A stretch of DNA of 64,000 nt from the human T2T-CHM13v2.0 reference genome, Homo sapiens: the NCBI RefSeq assembly GCF_009914755.1, contig NC_060928.1; one strand, 5' to 3'. A model generated the notes under the pieces. The model ran no database searches and was not told the origin of the DNA. It saw nothing but the letters and a program-made list of their open reading frames with translations. Position 1 is the stretch's first letter, and every line of letters starts with the position of its first letter. Position numbers and translations under genes: made by a program. Of this stretch, positions 13,260 through 31,451 are shown piece by piece.

Positions 13260-15115
13260 AATTCAGTATCTTAATCTTCAGCCCACACTTCCTCCCTGAG
13301 TTCCAGACTGGACATCTCTGTTTCTTCACAGCCAGTATTTCCAGCGAAACTTGCATCTTTCCCATCAGAACTTGGTCCTCCTTTCTGTGTCCCCAGCCTC
13401 GCCAAAGATCTCATTGGCTACCCACTTGCTAAAGCCACCAACTCAGGAGCGCCCCTCGGCCCCTTCCTCACTCCCTCGCATCCCACATGGAATCCATCAC
13501 CAGGTGGTCTTCGTTTATCTCCTAAGAGTCTCCTGAGTCAGCCCACTTATCTCCAGCTCCACCACCACCACTGTGCTAGTTCAGCTCACCCTTACGTCTC
13601 GCCTAATTATTTCAGTGGCCTCTTCCTTGATGTCCTGCCTCATTTTCACCACACTGTCACTGGAGGCATCTTTCTAACATACAAGTCTAACTGTGTTACT
13701 CCCCGGCTTGGATCCTTTTGGTGGCCAAAGTTAGTTCAGTTAGATCCAAGTCTTCACTAAGGCTTGTCAAACCCCCCACCCCAAGTCCCGCCTGCTGACT
13801 CCACCCTATCCCCCAAGGCTGGCATCCCCGTGCTCCAGCCAGGCCTCTGCTCAGGCTCTTCGCTGCCTCCATCACCTCAAAGACCCTCAGCAGAACTGGA
13901 ACAGCCTTTCCTGCCTTCACTGGCCCCATCATGGCGCCTGTTCACTACTCAATCTTTAGGTTTCATGGACCTGGGCTGCAAGATATTTGTCTGAGCTTGA
14001 AGACCCTGGAGAAGAGGCTCTTGTATGGCTCCCTTGGCCCCTACAGCTCAGAGCTGGGGATTTCCTGTCATGCCTGGGTCTTTGGGGTGAGACTTTTAGG
14101 TGAAGATGTGTGCAGGGGGGCATGTCCAGAGCAATAGTTCTCATCAGTGCATGGCGTGGGGGCGTGAATCAGTCACTGGAGAAATATTTCCAAAGTATGC
14201 ATGGTTGGCCTCCAAGGAGACCCTCATCCTCTCAAGATTCCGATTCGGGAAATCCACAGTGGGGCCCAGGTGTGCATATTTTAACAAAGTTCCCTAAGAT
14301 TGAGTCTGTTTTCTCTTCCCTGACCCTTTCCAAGAAAAGAAGAGGCTTAAAGCTTGGTGGTGATTTCTGAAATTGGTCTTCAGGAATCAGGGCACACTTT
14401 TCACTTTTTTTCTGCCTTCTCAGACGTAATCCTAAAAAGCGAGACAGGAAGTTGTGTCACAGCCAGGCTAGGAGGTCTCAGATTGAAGACAATTCTGTAG
14501 AGACGTCCTGTACAGCAACTAACATTCTCCAAGGAGCTGAAATCTTAACAAAAAATTTTTTTCCTACAATTTCAAGTCTCCTATTTAAACTGACAACTTC
14601 ATCCTTAGGTAACTGTAGTGACCATCTGGAGGTTTTAAGGTTTGTACTACATGTGAATAATATGCTGGCCCCAGCACTCCCCTCTACCAGCACAGATCCC
14701 AGGAACGGTTGCTTCTGGCTTCAGTGTCACGTTCACCCTTTGAAATGTACCTTCTCTAGGGAGAGAACACCGTAGCCAAGGGTACCCCCTTCGCAAACAT
14801 GGGAAGCAGGTGAATTTATCTGGAGCCACTTTTCTATTCTCTGTCCATCAATTCTGTCTCCTGTACAGGAGAAAAACAGTAACTGTCTCCAAAAGTTCTC
14901 TTCTCTAAAGGTATATGTCTTATAAAAGAACCTTCGGTAGAAGGATGCTGGTGAACTCGGCCTTCCACATAGTTTCACAGTAGTCTGTTTGTGTGTCTTT
15001 CTGCCCTGTTAGTGTGGGGCTTTTTGAGCAGAGAGGCTGTGCCTTCGTCATCTTTGTATCTTCTGTGCTGACACAGACATAGGTGTTTGTTGAATGACTG
15101 AATGAATGAATGAAT
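13260..15115 (+). mobile_element. Discontinuous L2 fragments (~13260-13900, 3' end ~14990-15115) with a MER5-like piece at ~14170-14300
   Basis: cctgagttccagact...; terminal tttgttgaatgactgaatgaatgaatgaa is typical of the L2 tail. Confidence 0.6.
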
Positions 15116-15403
15116 TCACGCATTCATGTATGCATGAGAGCGGCAGAAGGAATTATAGGCGTTTGGGGTAGGGTGGCCTTCAGCAAAGTCCCACAGATCC
15201 ATATAGTCACCTATATGGTACCGGTATATTATTAGGGAGGCATTCTTATCAGTATTCCTAGGGAGGCATTATTATCAGTAATTTTTAAACAAAGTAATTA
15301 ATATTTGAAAAATATACAAATATACAAATATGTGATAGAACATATTTGTATATTTGAAAAATAACGAGTGAAATTAAAATTTTCATAATATTAGAATTTA
15401 ATA

Positions 15404-15763
15404 CAATTAGCCCTCTGTATCTGCAGCTTCCACATTTGTGGATTCAACCATCTGTGGATTGAAAATATTGGGAATATCAATACCCACAGCAATACCAATA
15501 TCAATATTAATAACAAATAACAATGCAACAATAAAAAATACAAATAAAAATCCAATCCAGTATAACAACTCTTTCCGTAGTATTTACATTGTATTATGTA
15601 TTATGAGTGAACTGTTTAATAGAGGTGATTTGAAGTAGACAAGGGCCTGTGTGTGGGTTATATGCAAATACTGTGCCATTTTATATCAAGGACTTGAGCA
15701 TTGAATTTTGGTATTTTCAGGGGGTCCTGGAACCATTCCCCCTAAGATGTTGAGGGGCAGCTG
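15404..15763 (-). mobile_element. MER2-family Tigger MITE
   Basis: TIR-like ends caattagccctc / gaggggcagctg flanked by TA; internal MER2 motifs. Confidence 0.85.
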
Positions 15764-15990
15764 TACAAATTTATCCTGAAATGTCTCTAGTCTTCACTTT
15801 GAACTGCAGACACCTTGTGCCACCTTATCACTGAATTCTGTGTAGCCTGAAAGATTCCAAAACACACAGATATTCACACACGCCAACAATACAGGGGCAG
15901 TGTTAGACAAATGGGGTGAAGAATTGGGGAGCTATTCATAGGTGGAGAACAGATAAATATTTGGAACATCTGGTCTTATAAAACCATTTA

Positions 15991-16342
<352 letters not shown>

Positions 16343-16440
16343 TAGAAAACAAGCGAACAAGAATTAACCATCATTATATCAACCAAAGATGATCATTTTC
16401 AATATAATGTGTTTATTTTATATATATATATACATGTATA

Positions 16441-16505
16441 TTAGACTGTATGGTCCCAATTTTGTTTAAAATATATTTTTAAAAAATTGGGACCATACAG
16501 TCTAA
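16441..16505. repeat. Perfect 23-bp inverted repeat (65-nt hairpin) within an old L1ME-like fragment
   Basis: ttagactgtatggtcccaatttt, a 19-nt spacer, then aaaattgggaccatacagtctaa. Confidence 0.95.
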
Positions 16506-18369
16506 ACTGTTTTGTAACCTGCCTTTTTCCCATAGTTATCCTTAACATTTTTCATGGCTTTAAACATTCATCCACATTGCTCCAAATGGCTGCATAGTGA
16601 TGCCTTCCTTAAATCATTTTCCTTCTGTTTCTCATTGTTGGATATTTTCAAAAACATTTTTTCTGATGTGAATGTTCAGGCCGTCACAAACATCCCTGAA
16701 GAAACCTGAACATGTCCTGGAATTAGAATTGCTAGGTCTGTAGTTCTCCCCATGTTTAAGGCTTCTGAAAAGACATCGTCAAGTTACCCTTCATTGTTTG
16801 TCGTGTCCAGTTACATCCTGGTCAGCAGTTATTCTAAAACTATTTTCCAACACATGTAATGGTCACTTTTATTTTGGAACCTTTACAACTGCATCCATTA
16901 CTGTAGGATTTGCATTTCAGGATTACATACTGATGTATAATTTTCCTGCAAAATTATTCTGCGTGGTTGAGTCTTTACCAGGTAAAGTATCATATCTCCT
17001 AATTAAGTTTTAATAAAACAGTATTATGATAGGGGATTTCTTGGCTTTTGCATCTCTGAAAGTCCACCAGGGGAAGCCAAATTAGTCATTGCTAATCAGA
17101 AATATTTTGAGAGAAAGTAACTGTTTCACTGTAAAACTTTTTCACCTGGATGGCTGGGAACAGCATATTCAAATTCAAAATTCTTTCTGCTCTCTTGCTC
17201 TCAAGTATGCAAGCACAATGCAAGTATGATTTGGTCTCCAGCTTGGTAGAGAAACATTTACAACACAACCCATATATTTTCATCCTGGTTGTATGGGTTG
17301 AATAAAAAGCATCTCTAATTCCCATGAAGATTCAACCTCTGGTATAAGATGTTTTTCATTTTAACCCAGAGTGAAAGCTGCACAGAAACTACTTGACTGT
17401 ATTCTTCTGTTAGTAACATTAGATTCCCAAGATGCAACAGGCTTTCAGATGTATTATTCTCCTACAATGAAGAAACTCAAGGATACGAAAACCTGGAAGA
17501 GCTTTTCATTTGACATCTTCCTTTCAAGGTAACAGTTGTGCTGCAGTTTGTTTAGTGTGCACCAGCTTATTAGTGGTAGCTTTGTGTGAAAATGTGGTTA
17601 TCACAAAAAGGTAATATATGGTGAAGAGCAGCTGCTCCTAATCACAAACCATCCATAAATAGCTTTCCCTCCTTGAGAAGACGCTCAATTCTCTGGTTGT
17701 CACAGTCAGCAGAAAATGAAAACCCCATAGGATGATAAATAGTTTAAAACATATTTCTCCCCAGTGTTTTGAATGCTGTCTTATAATGCAGTGCACTTTT
17801 ACTGAACCAGAAATTGTCTGTAATAAAAGAATATTGGGAGAAAATGTTTAGATTCTCACTGAATTCTAGAACTTCGAAGGAATGTTCTGGTTTCACTGTT
17901 AAAGGTTAATTGCTGAGTATATGTCATAGGCTGCAATAAAATGAGAGTTTTTAGTCTTCTGCTCCCAATAAACAGTTACAGTTTTTAACACATCAAAGTT
18001 GGAGACCTTTTTTTCTTAATTAACATAACAGCCAAGTGAATTTCTTGGCAATAAGCAAATGATTGCTTTTAAAAATCCTATAAATATTTCATTTTTTAAG
18101 TCATCAAAAAGAAAACAAATCACTTCTGTCAGCTGTCTTTTGACACAAAACCATCTTTCCCGTATACACACAGAAAAAATATTGTTCTTGATCTTTATGC
18201 TGATGCCTTTTCTGGCTATTAATCATCTGTTTTATACATGATATTGACCATTCCCTGGAGGCACTCAGAACTTGCAGCTTCCCTTCCTTATGAAAGGAAA
18301 TTGAGGAGAGTCACGGAAATAATTTCAGAATTTTCTCAAGACTGTTGAGACTAAATTCTAAATGATTGA

Positions 18370-18750
<381 letters not shown>

Positions 18751-19839
18751 TGAAGCCACTGGTTTCCACCAGAGGTTAATTGACTGTCAGTCTTTCCTGT
18801 AGGTGACTCTTCCAACTATTAGCAATAATCAGTATCTACAGAGGAGAATCTCAGTTGTAAGTGGCTTGACTGAGTCTAGCAAATGAAACTTTGTTCTTGC
18901 CCTAGCTGACTGATGTCTCAAAAGTCCTTGAAATTTTCTATTCATTCCAGTGTATGCACAAAACAAAGAAAAAGTGAGCTTGTTTTCCACAGCCCGAATC
19001 TTCCCAGAGCAGATGGGGCTTGCGTTTCGCAGGGTGGGGGGTGTCCTGAGGACTCCCACCTTGACATTGCAATGAAAACTTTCTCTCGAATCTCTGAATT
19101 CTCTTATCTGGCACAATAAATGAGAAAAGCCTGCCTGCTTCCCTTGGTAGGCTTAAAGAGTGCTCTCATGTTAGATGAATATCCAGAAATCATCTCTTCT
19201 CTGGCATAGCAGAAGGCACATGGTGGGTCCCAGATGTTTCTTCAAGCCTGTCATTCCCAGACATAATAGATTACATCAGGGAAGCCAGCAGGAAGGAAGG
19301 GAGCGCTGCCTTTCTCTCTCTTTCTTTCCTCCCTCCCTCCTCGTCGCTTTCTCCCTCTGTCTCTCTCATCCCCCAAGCCCACCCCACCTTTTCTTTCTTT
19401 TCTAAAGGTTCCAGGGGAGTTGAAGGTTGACTCAGAACCTCCCTTTATGAAAAAACCTGCCCACATTTCAGTAACTACAGCTGGTGTTAAAAGACTTTGG
19501 TTGGTTAGAAAAATTTCAGATGTCACAAGCTTGGACAGCACGTGGGAACTGGAGGGGACGGTGGCATGAGGGCACCTCAGCAGTGTCCCCTTGGCCGCCT
19601 CTGGCCTTCCCCTTGGATGAGCCTCCTGCAGTTCTGTTTTGGAGACAAGAGCTTCCTATGCGGTTTCTTCCTCCTTGACTGAAAATCACTGGGAAAGCTA
19701 ACAGAGCACCCTAGAAAACTCCAGAAACTTTCTAACTGTCTAAGGCAAAGTGACCTTAACCCTAAATGACCCTCCCTTATTTCTCCAGTACTGTGCTACA
19801 TTTCATAGATTAGGGTTAGTGACCTTTGAATGAGTTCAC

Positions 19840-20460
19840 CCGCGTGATTTCACAGATGAGGGGCCTCAGATTCATGACAGCACATGGTCCCTACTCGTGG
19901 TAGGAAGCCAATGAGGGCAGCCCAGGCTGCAGACGCGAATTGAACGGAAGCGTGTGTGCAGCGGCGTGTGGGTGGTAAGCTCTCCCTCCACTGCGCTTTC
20001 AGGCTGTCCACAGACCTCACCAAACCCCGCGGGGCTGGGAGGAACCGCGCGCAATCCGCTCTTGGGAGCCCTGGGAGCTGGCTGTGCCCCTGTAGCATCG
20101 GATTCCACAAGACTAATTAAGAACCTGGGCGGGAGGGAGAGAGAAGCTGTGCGCTTCCTGCAGCGATGGAGTGTAGAAAATGCTTTTTTCTAACTGCAGT
20201 GCTGTCTCATTGCTCTCCAGCCGCGGTCCACCTGGGGCATGCTGGAGCTGATCTTTCTCAAGTTATTTCCCAAGTAAAAGGAGAGAACAGAGAGAACAGC
20301 AAGGGCTCCTCCTGTGTGGCTTTGCTGCGGTGGGCTTGGCTCCTCAAAACTGTAAACGCTGCCCTCCTCTTCCGTGACTTCCCCTCTGCCGGTGGGGGTG
20401 TTAGACGCACCTGGGGAGTCGCTCCCACCCATATTGGGTGTAATCCCACTGAAGGATCGG
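19840..20460. promoter_or_regulatory. CpG-enriched, non-repetitive promoter/enhancer-like patch
   Basis: About 30 CpGs by hand count in ~620 bp; agccaatga (CCAAT), cggaag (ETS) and gggcgggag (Sp/KLF). Confidence 0.45.
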
Positions 20461-20509
20461 GGCCCTGAGGGAGAAGGGAGGAATTTACAAAGACTCCTCA
20501 TATCCCTCT

Positions 20510-20616
20510 CTTTTTTTCTTTTTTAATTTTGTAGAGGTGGAGTCTCCCTATGTTGTCCAGGCTGGTCTTGAACACCTGGCGCCAAGTGATCTTCCTACTT
20601 CAGTCTCCCAAAGCAC
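20510..20616 (-). mobile_element. FLAM/AluJ monomer fragment
   Basis: gtagaggtggagtctccctatgttgtccaggctggtcttgaac...ctcccaaagcactg. Confidence 0.8.
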
Positions 20617-20751
20617 TGATAGCCCTCTCTTCCAACCAGCCACCTTTTGCTCATGACCTATTTGATCCTGGTCTACTGGGGCAGAATGTAAATTGAGACT
20701 TTTGAGTCCTTTTCTAAGCAGCCTTTCAGAGCTGGGAAAGAACTGCGCCAT

Positions 20752-23421
20752 CTCCTTGATCCGTTCCCATCAATCACTCTCCTGTCCCATGCGTGGAATG
20801 GACATGGAGTCCCCGCGTGAGCTCAGTACTGGTAGAGAGATGCCTTCCATATCTCACTGCTTTTAATCATTTTGGCCACTTTATAAGAACAACATAAGAT
20901 GGTTAGCATCCTTCCCTTTTCAAGAAGAGGAAATTTGGGCTTGGAGGTCGGTTGTGTTGTCAAAAGTCATATGGTTGGTGGACAGCAGAGTTAGGAGTTA
21001 CACACTAGCCAGGCTCATGCCACAACCTGAATGGCTGGAGACGCCACGCTGCCTTGTGTACTTTCACATCAACAGAAAGCCCCTCGTTTTGTATCCTATT
21101 TATATGACTGTATCAGTTACAAACATTATGATTCTACTGTCTTTGGCATGTAGCATGCCAAACCAAGCTCATACGGAGCCATAATGGAATGTGTCCACAG
21201 ACTGACCACAGTGTTGCTTTACAGAAGACAGACTTCAGAGCAAAATAAACTCCACAAAGCGTGCTGAATGGGTTCCTATGACGCGCAGCCATAAGGAAGT
21301 TTCTTTTTAAAACAAAGTTAACTTTTTTCCTGTTTATAAGAATAATGCACAACCATCGGGAAAAAAAACTAGGAAAATATAACGGAAAAATTTTAAAACC
21401 ACCCATAGTGTTAACGTTAAGCTGTATGTAGTTTCAATTGTACATATATACATTTTAATAAATCAGACTAATTATATATGGCCTTTTAAAAAACTGTAAC
21501 ATTGTCCCTGACCATATGGCCAACCATTAGCTACTCCATGAATCAAAGCAGGACCTTAGTCCAGACCATCTATTCTGTAGGCAAAGTACTGCCCCCTGGG
21601 AGGATTTTCCTCCCCCATGTTCAGGGTTACCATGAAGTGGGGCTATAATGACTTCAATACTCCGCTTGGGGCTGGTTCTGGCATATGGTACAGAGCCATC
21701 AGTACATTTGGCTTCAGTTGTTTTCCTCTTTTGTCAGTAGGTCATCAGGAATTTACCATGAGGCCATGGGAAGAGGTGGAGAGCATGTTGTCAGTGTGGC
21801 CAGGGCAGCATCCTGGGCTCCTGAGCACATGTGACTTATTGATGCCTTTGTGAGCTGTAGATATCATCTGTCCCTAATGGTGGAGCACTTCTTGGAATTT
21901 CCAACTTTATGACCAAGTAGATCTTATAACACTCAGTTCATGAATGATGAGTATTGGGTGTCTTGTCACCTGGTGTCACCTGGTCAGCCATCTCCACCAG
22001 GATCTCGTGGCAAGCCGGGAAGTGTTACTCTTAGAAGGAGAAGAGGTATTTGTTGGAGGCAGAGTTTTACTCATACATTTTAAGGTCTTTCACTGTCTTT
22101 AAAGAACTTTTTTTGTGTGTGTAAGGTACACATAACATAAAATTTACTATCCTAACCATTTTTAAGTGTGTCGTTCAGTGGTATTAAGGACATTTATAAT
22201 ATTGTGCAAATATCACTGCCATCCATTTCCAGAGCTCTTTTCATCTTGCAAAACTGAAACTCTATACTTACTAAAAAATAACTCGCCATTCTCCACTCCT
22301 CCCAGCTCCTGGCAAAGTAGACCAGCATGCTACTTTGTGTGTCTATGAATTTAACTACTCCAAATACTTCATATGAATGGAATCATACAGTTTAGTATTT
22401 TCCTTTTGCAACTGGTGTATTTCACTTAGCATAATGTCTTCACAGTTCACCCGTGTTGTAGCATGTGTAAGAATGTCCTTCCTTTTGAAGTCTGAATAAT
22501 ATTGTATTGTGTGTATATACTACATTATGTTTACCCATTTGCCTATCAATGGACACTTATGTTGCTTCCACATTGTAGCTATTGCGAATAATGCTGCTAT
22601 GAACATGGGTGTGCAAATATCTCTTCAAGACCCTGCTTTCAGTTCTTTTGAGCATATATCCAGAAGTGGAATGGCTAGATCATATGGTAGTTATATTTTT
22701 AATTTTTTGAGGGGAAATCTTACTGTTTCCACAGTGACTGTGCCATTTTACATTGTCACCACCAGTGAACAAGGATTCCGATTTCCCCACATCCTTGGCC
22801 AAACTTGTACTTTTTTGTTTTTTGTTTTTTGTTTTTTTGGTAGTAACCATACCAGTGGGTGTGAGGTGGTATCTCATGGTTGATTTGCATTTCCCTAATG
22901 ATGAGTGATTTGGAGTGTCTTTTCCTGTGCTTATTGGCCATTTGTATATCTTCTTAGAAGACACGTCTATTCAAGTCCTTTGCCCATTTTTGAATCAGGT
23001 TTTCCTTTGTTGTTGAAGGTCTTTCACCTTTGATGCTCCTGTGGAAGCTTGCAGTAGGTTCCAGACAGTCTCCTGATGTGCTCTAGGTCCTTCGAGCACT
23101 GCTTGTTCGTAGCACTGACTCTAGAGTCCTGAGGTTCTAGCAACATCTATTGGTCTGCAACTCTGAGCAGCATAAGAACTGTGCTGCGGGAGAAAAACAT
23201 GCTGTAAAGAGCATTGCTGGCTCCATTTGTTCCATTCCCATCATCCACTCTCCCTTCCCACACATGGAATGGACATGGAGTCCCCACCGTGAGCTCAGTA
23301 CTGGCAGAGAGATCCCTTCCACATCTCAACACTTCTCATCATTTTGGTCACTTTATAAGGACAACATAAGATGGTTGGCCTCCTCCCCTTTTCAAGAAGA
23401 GGTAATTTGGGCTTGAAGGTC
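20752..23421. repeat. ~200-bp local direct duplication (copies 20752-20949 and 23221-23421)
   Basis: tggaatggacatggagtcccc...gagctcagtactgg...ttcaagaagagg(a/t)aatttgggcttg occurs twice. Confidence 0.9.
22094..23015 (-). mobile_element. 5'-truncated L1MB/MA 3' end
   Basis: Typical L1M 3' UTR/ORF2 end; candidate 12-bp TSD aaggtctttcac (22082, 23016). Confidence 0.9.
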
Positions 23422-23479
23422 AAACTTCTGGCCCAATTCTCACTTAAAGCCCGCAGCTGTTCACAGCACAGAAATTTTG

Positions 23480-28900
<5,421 letters not shown>

Positions 28901-29165
28901 GGGAGAAGATTTTCTCTTTTTGCTATGGACTTAACCTTTCAATTTATTAATTTTTCTCAACTGCAAAATGATCATTTCTAAGGTCACCTATCATTTTTAA
29001 ATCCTGTTATACATCTCTCCCCTACTTGTGGGTTCACCTTAAATCCCAAAACTCATGACTTTCATGAGTTTTCAGCATGTTTCCTGAGACTTGATCTTAG
29101 TGAAAATTTAACTTTTTTTCTCTAAAGGGGCTGATTTGTTTTAACCTGATAAATGATCTCCTTAG

Positions 29166-29555
<390 letters not shown>

Positions 29556-30503
29556 TCACCTGGGCCAGCCTGCATGTAGTTGCTCACGTGGCACATTGCT
29601 TGAAAGCAACTCAGTATGGGCAGGTAGGAGTGTTTGCCCTTGCGACTTGCAGTTTAGGCCTCATGTCCAAAATGACTCAGGTTTTCTCCGTCCATCACAT
29701 CTCAATATTTGCACAACACCTCTCTCCATTTTTGGTTCTATGAGTCTTATATACTCGAGTTTGGGCTGTTCTGGACAATGACTACCCATCCTGTTGAAAT
29801 TTCCTTTGGCACTTTTCCAAAGTGAGTTTCGACCATGCCACTAATTCTATATGAAAGTCAGATAACTCCAAGTTTGGTGAAGACCTGTCCAGATATTTTG
29901 CGTGATGCAGATTGAATTTTTATTTTTGTTTTGCTTTACTTTCGGTTATGTTGATCGATACCGTTTAAAACCAAGTTAAAGTAGCACAGTGTATGTCTAC
30001 ATCAGATGATTTTCTTCATGATTCAGTAATACTGAGAATAAAAATAGCCAACACAGAAAGTTCTTTCTATATATGCCAGGCGCTGGTCTAGGGAATTTGC
30101 ATTAATTTATTCCTTTCATCCTCACACAGCCACGTGGGATAGTTACTATTATAATCTTCATTGTAAAGATAAGGAAAGTGGAACCAGGGTGCAAACCCAG
30201 ATTGTCTGACTCCAGAAGGAATTTTTTGTGGAAACTTTTTCTTTTGGAAATGGTCCAGAAAATACCTAGTCCTTGGAAGAGAGATAAACCTTGGAGTTAC
30301 TGGGGTGGGGAAACATGAAGAAGATGAATAGCTCATCTAGAAATGAGAAGATGAAGCAGTTCATTGGGATTCGTAAGAGTCTTGTAGGAAGAACCAGCTA
30401 GAGGAAACCATGAGAACGGATATCTGAGGAGACGGGGCCTTCTTACTGTTAGAAGCTCTACGGTGGCACAGACGTGTCCACATTCCTCTATGTCCTATAT
30501 TAA

Positions 30504-30773
<270 letters not shown>

Positions 30774-30809
30774 TGAAAAGAATTTTATACTTCCATTCAC
30801 TCCTGTACT

Positions 30810-31305
30810 CCCCATTTGGCAGGTGTTTATTGAGCACTGTGTGGAGGACACGGTCTGGTGAGAGGGAGGAGTTGGTGAGGAGAACTTCCCTGCCCAGGGA
30901 GCCAGCCTGGAGCAGTGAGCCCAAGAAGTGGACACAGGCTGGATGGCGGTGTGGGCTACTCAAGGAAGGAAAGCAGACCAGGGTTTGGCAGATGTGGAAT
31001 CCCAAAGAAGGGGTAGGGAAAGTCACAGCTTGCAGTGGGGTGGTCGGTGTCAGCCTTGTGGAGAAGGCTAGATGTGGACCCACTCTGTCTAGGGGAAGGG
31101 GGTTCCCAGCAGAGGGAATCACTAAGGCAGGAGCATGCATAGCTTGTGGGAAAACAGCAGGGAGGCCCACACGGCTGGCACAAGAGAGGGGTAAGGGAGC
31201 CTGAGACCCCTCAGGACCCAAAGGAGGCCAGCCTTGTAGGCTGTCTGGGGCCTTGGCTTTTATCCTGAGTGACATAGAAAAGCATCACAGGGTTTGACAT
31301 GGTCT
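30810..31305 (-). mobile_element. L2 fragment
   Basis: tttattgagcact...; ccttgtaggctg...ttggctttatcctgagtga...gggtttga. Confidence 0.6.
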
Positions 31306-31307
31306 GA

Positions 31308-31451
31308 CTTCATCCATGTCTCTGCATAAGGACATGATCTCATTCTTTTTCATGGCTGCATAGTATTCCATGGTGTATATGTACCGCATTTTCTTTATCC
31401 AGTCTATCATTGATGGGCATTTAGGTTGATTCCATGTCTTTGCTATTGTGA
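31308..31451 (-). mobile_element. Short internal L1PA fragment
   Basis: cttcatccatgtc...catagtattccatggtgtatatgtacc...tccatgtctttgctattgtga, close to the primate L1PA consensus. Confidence 0.9.
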
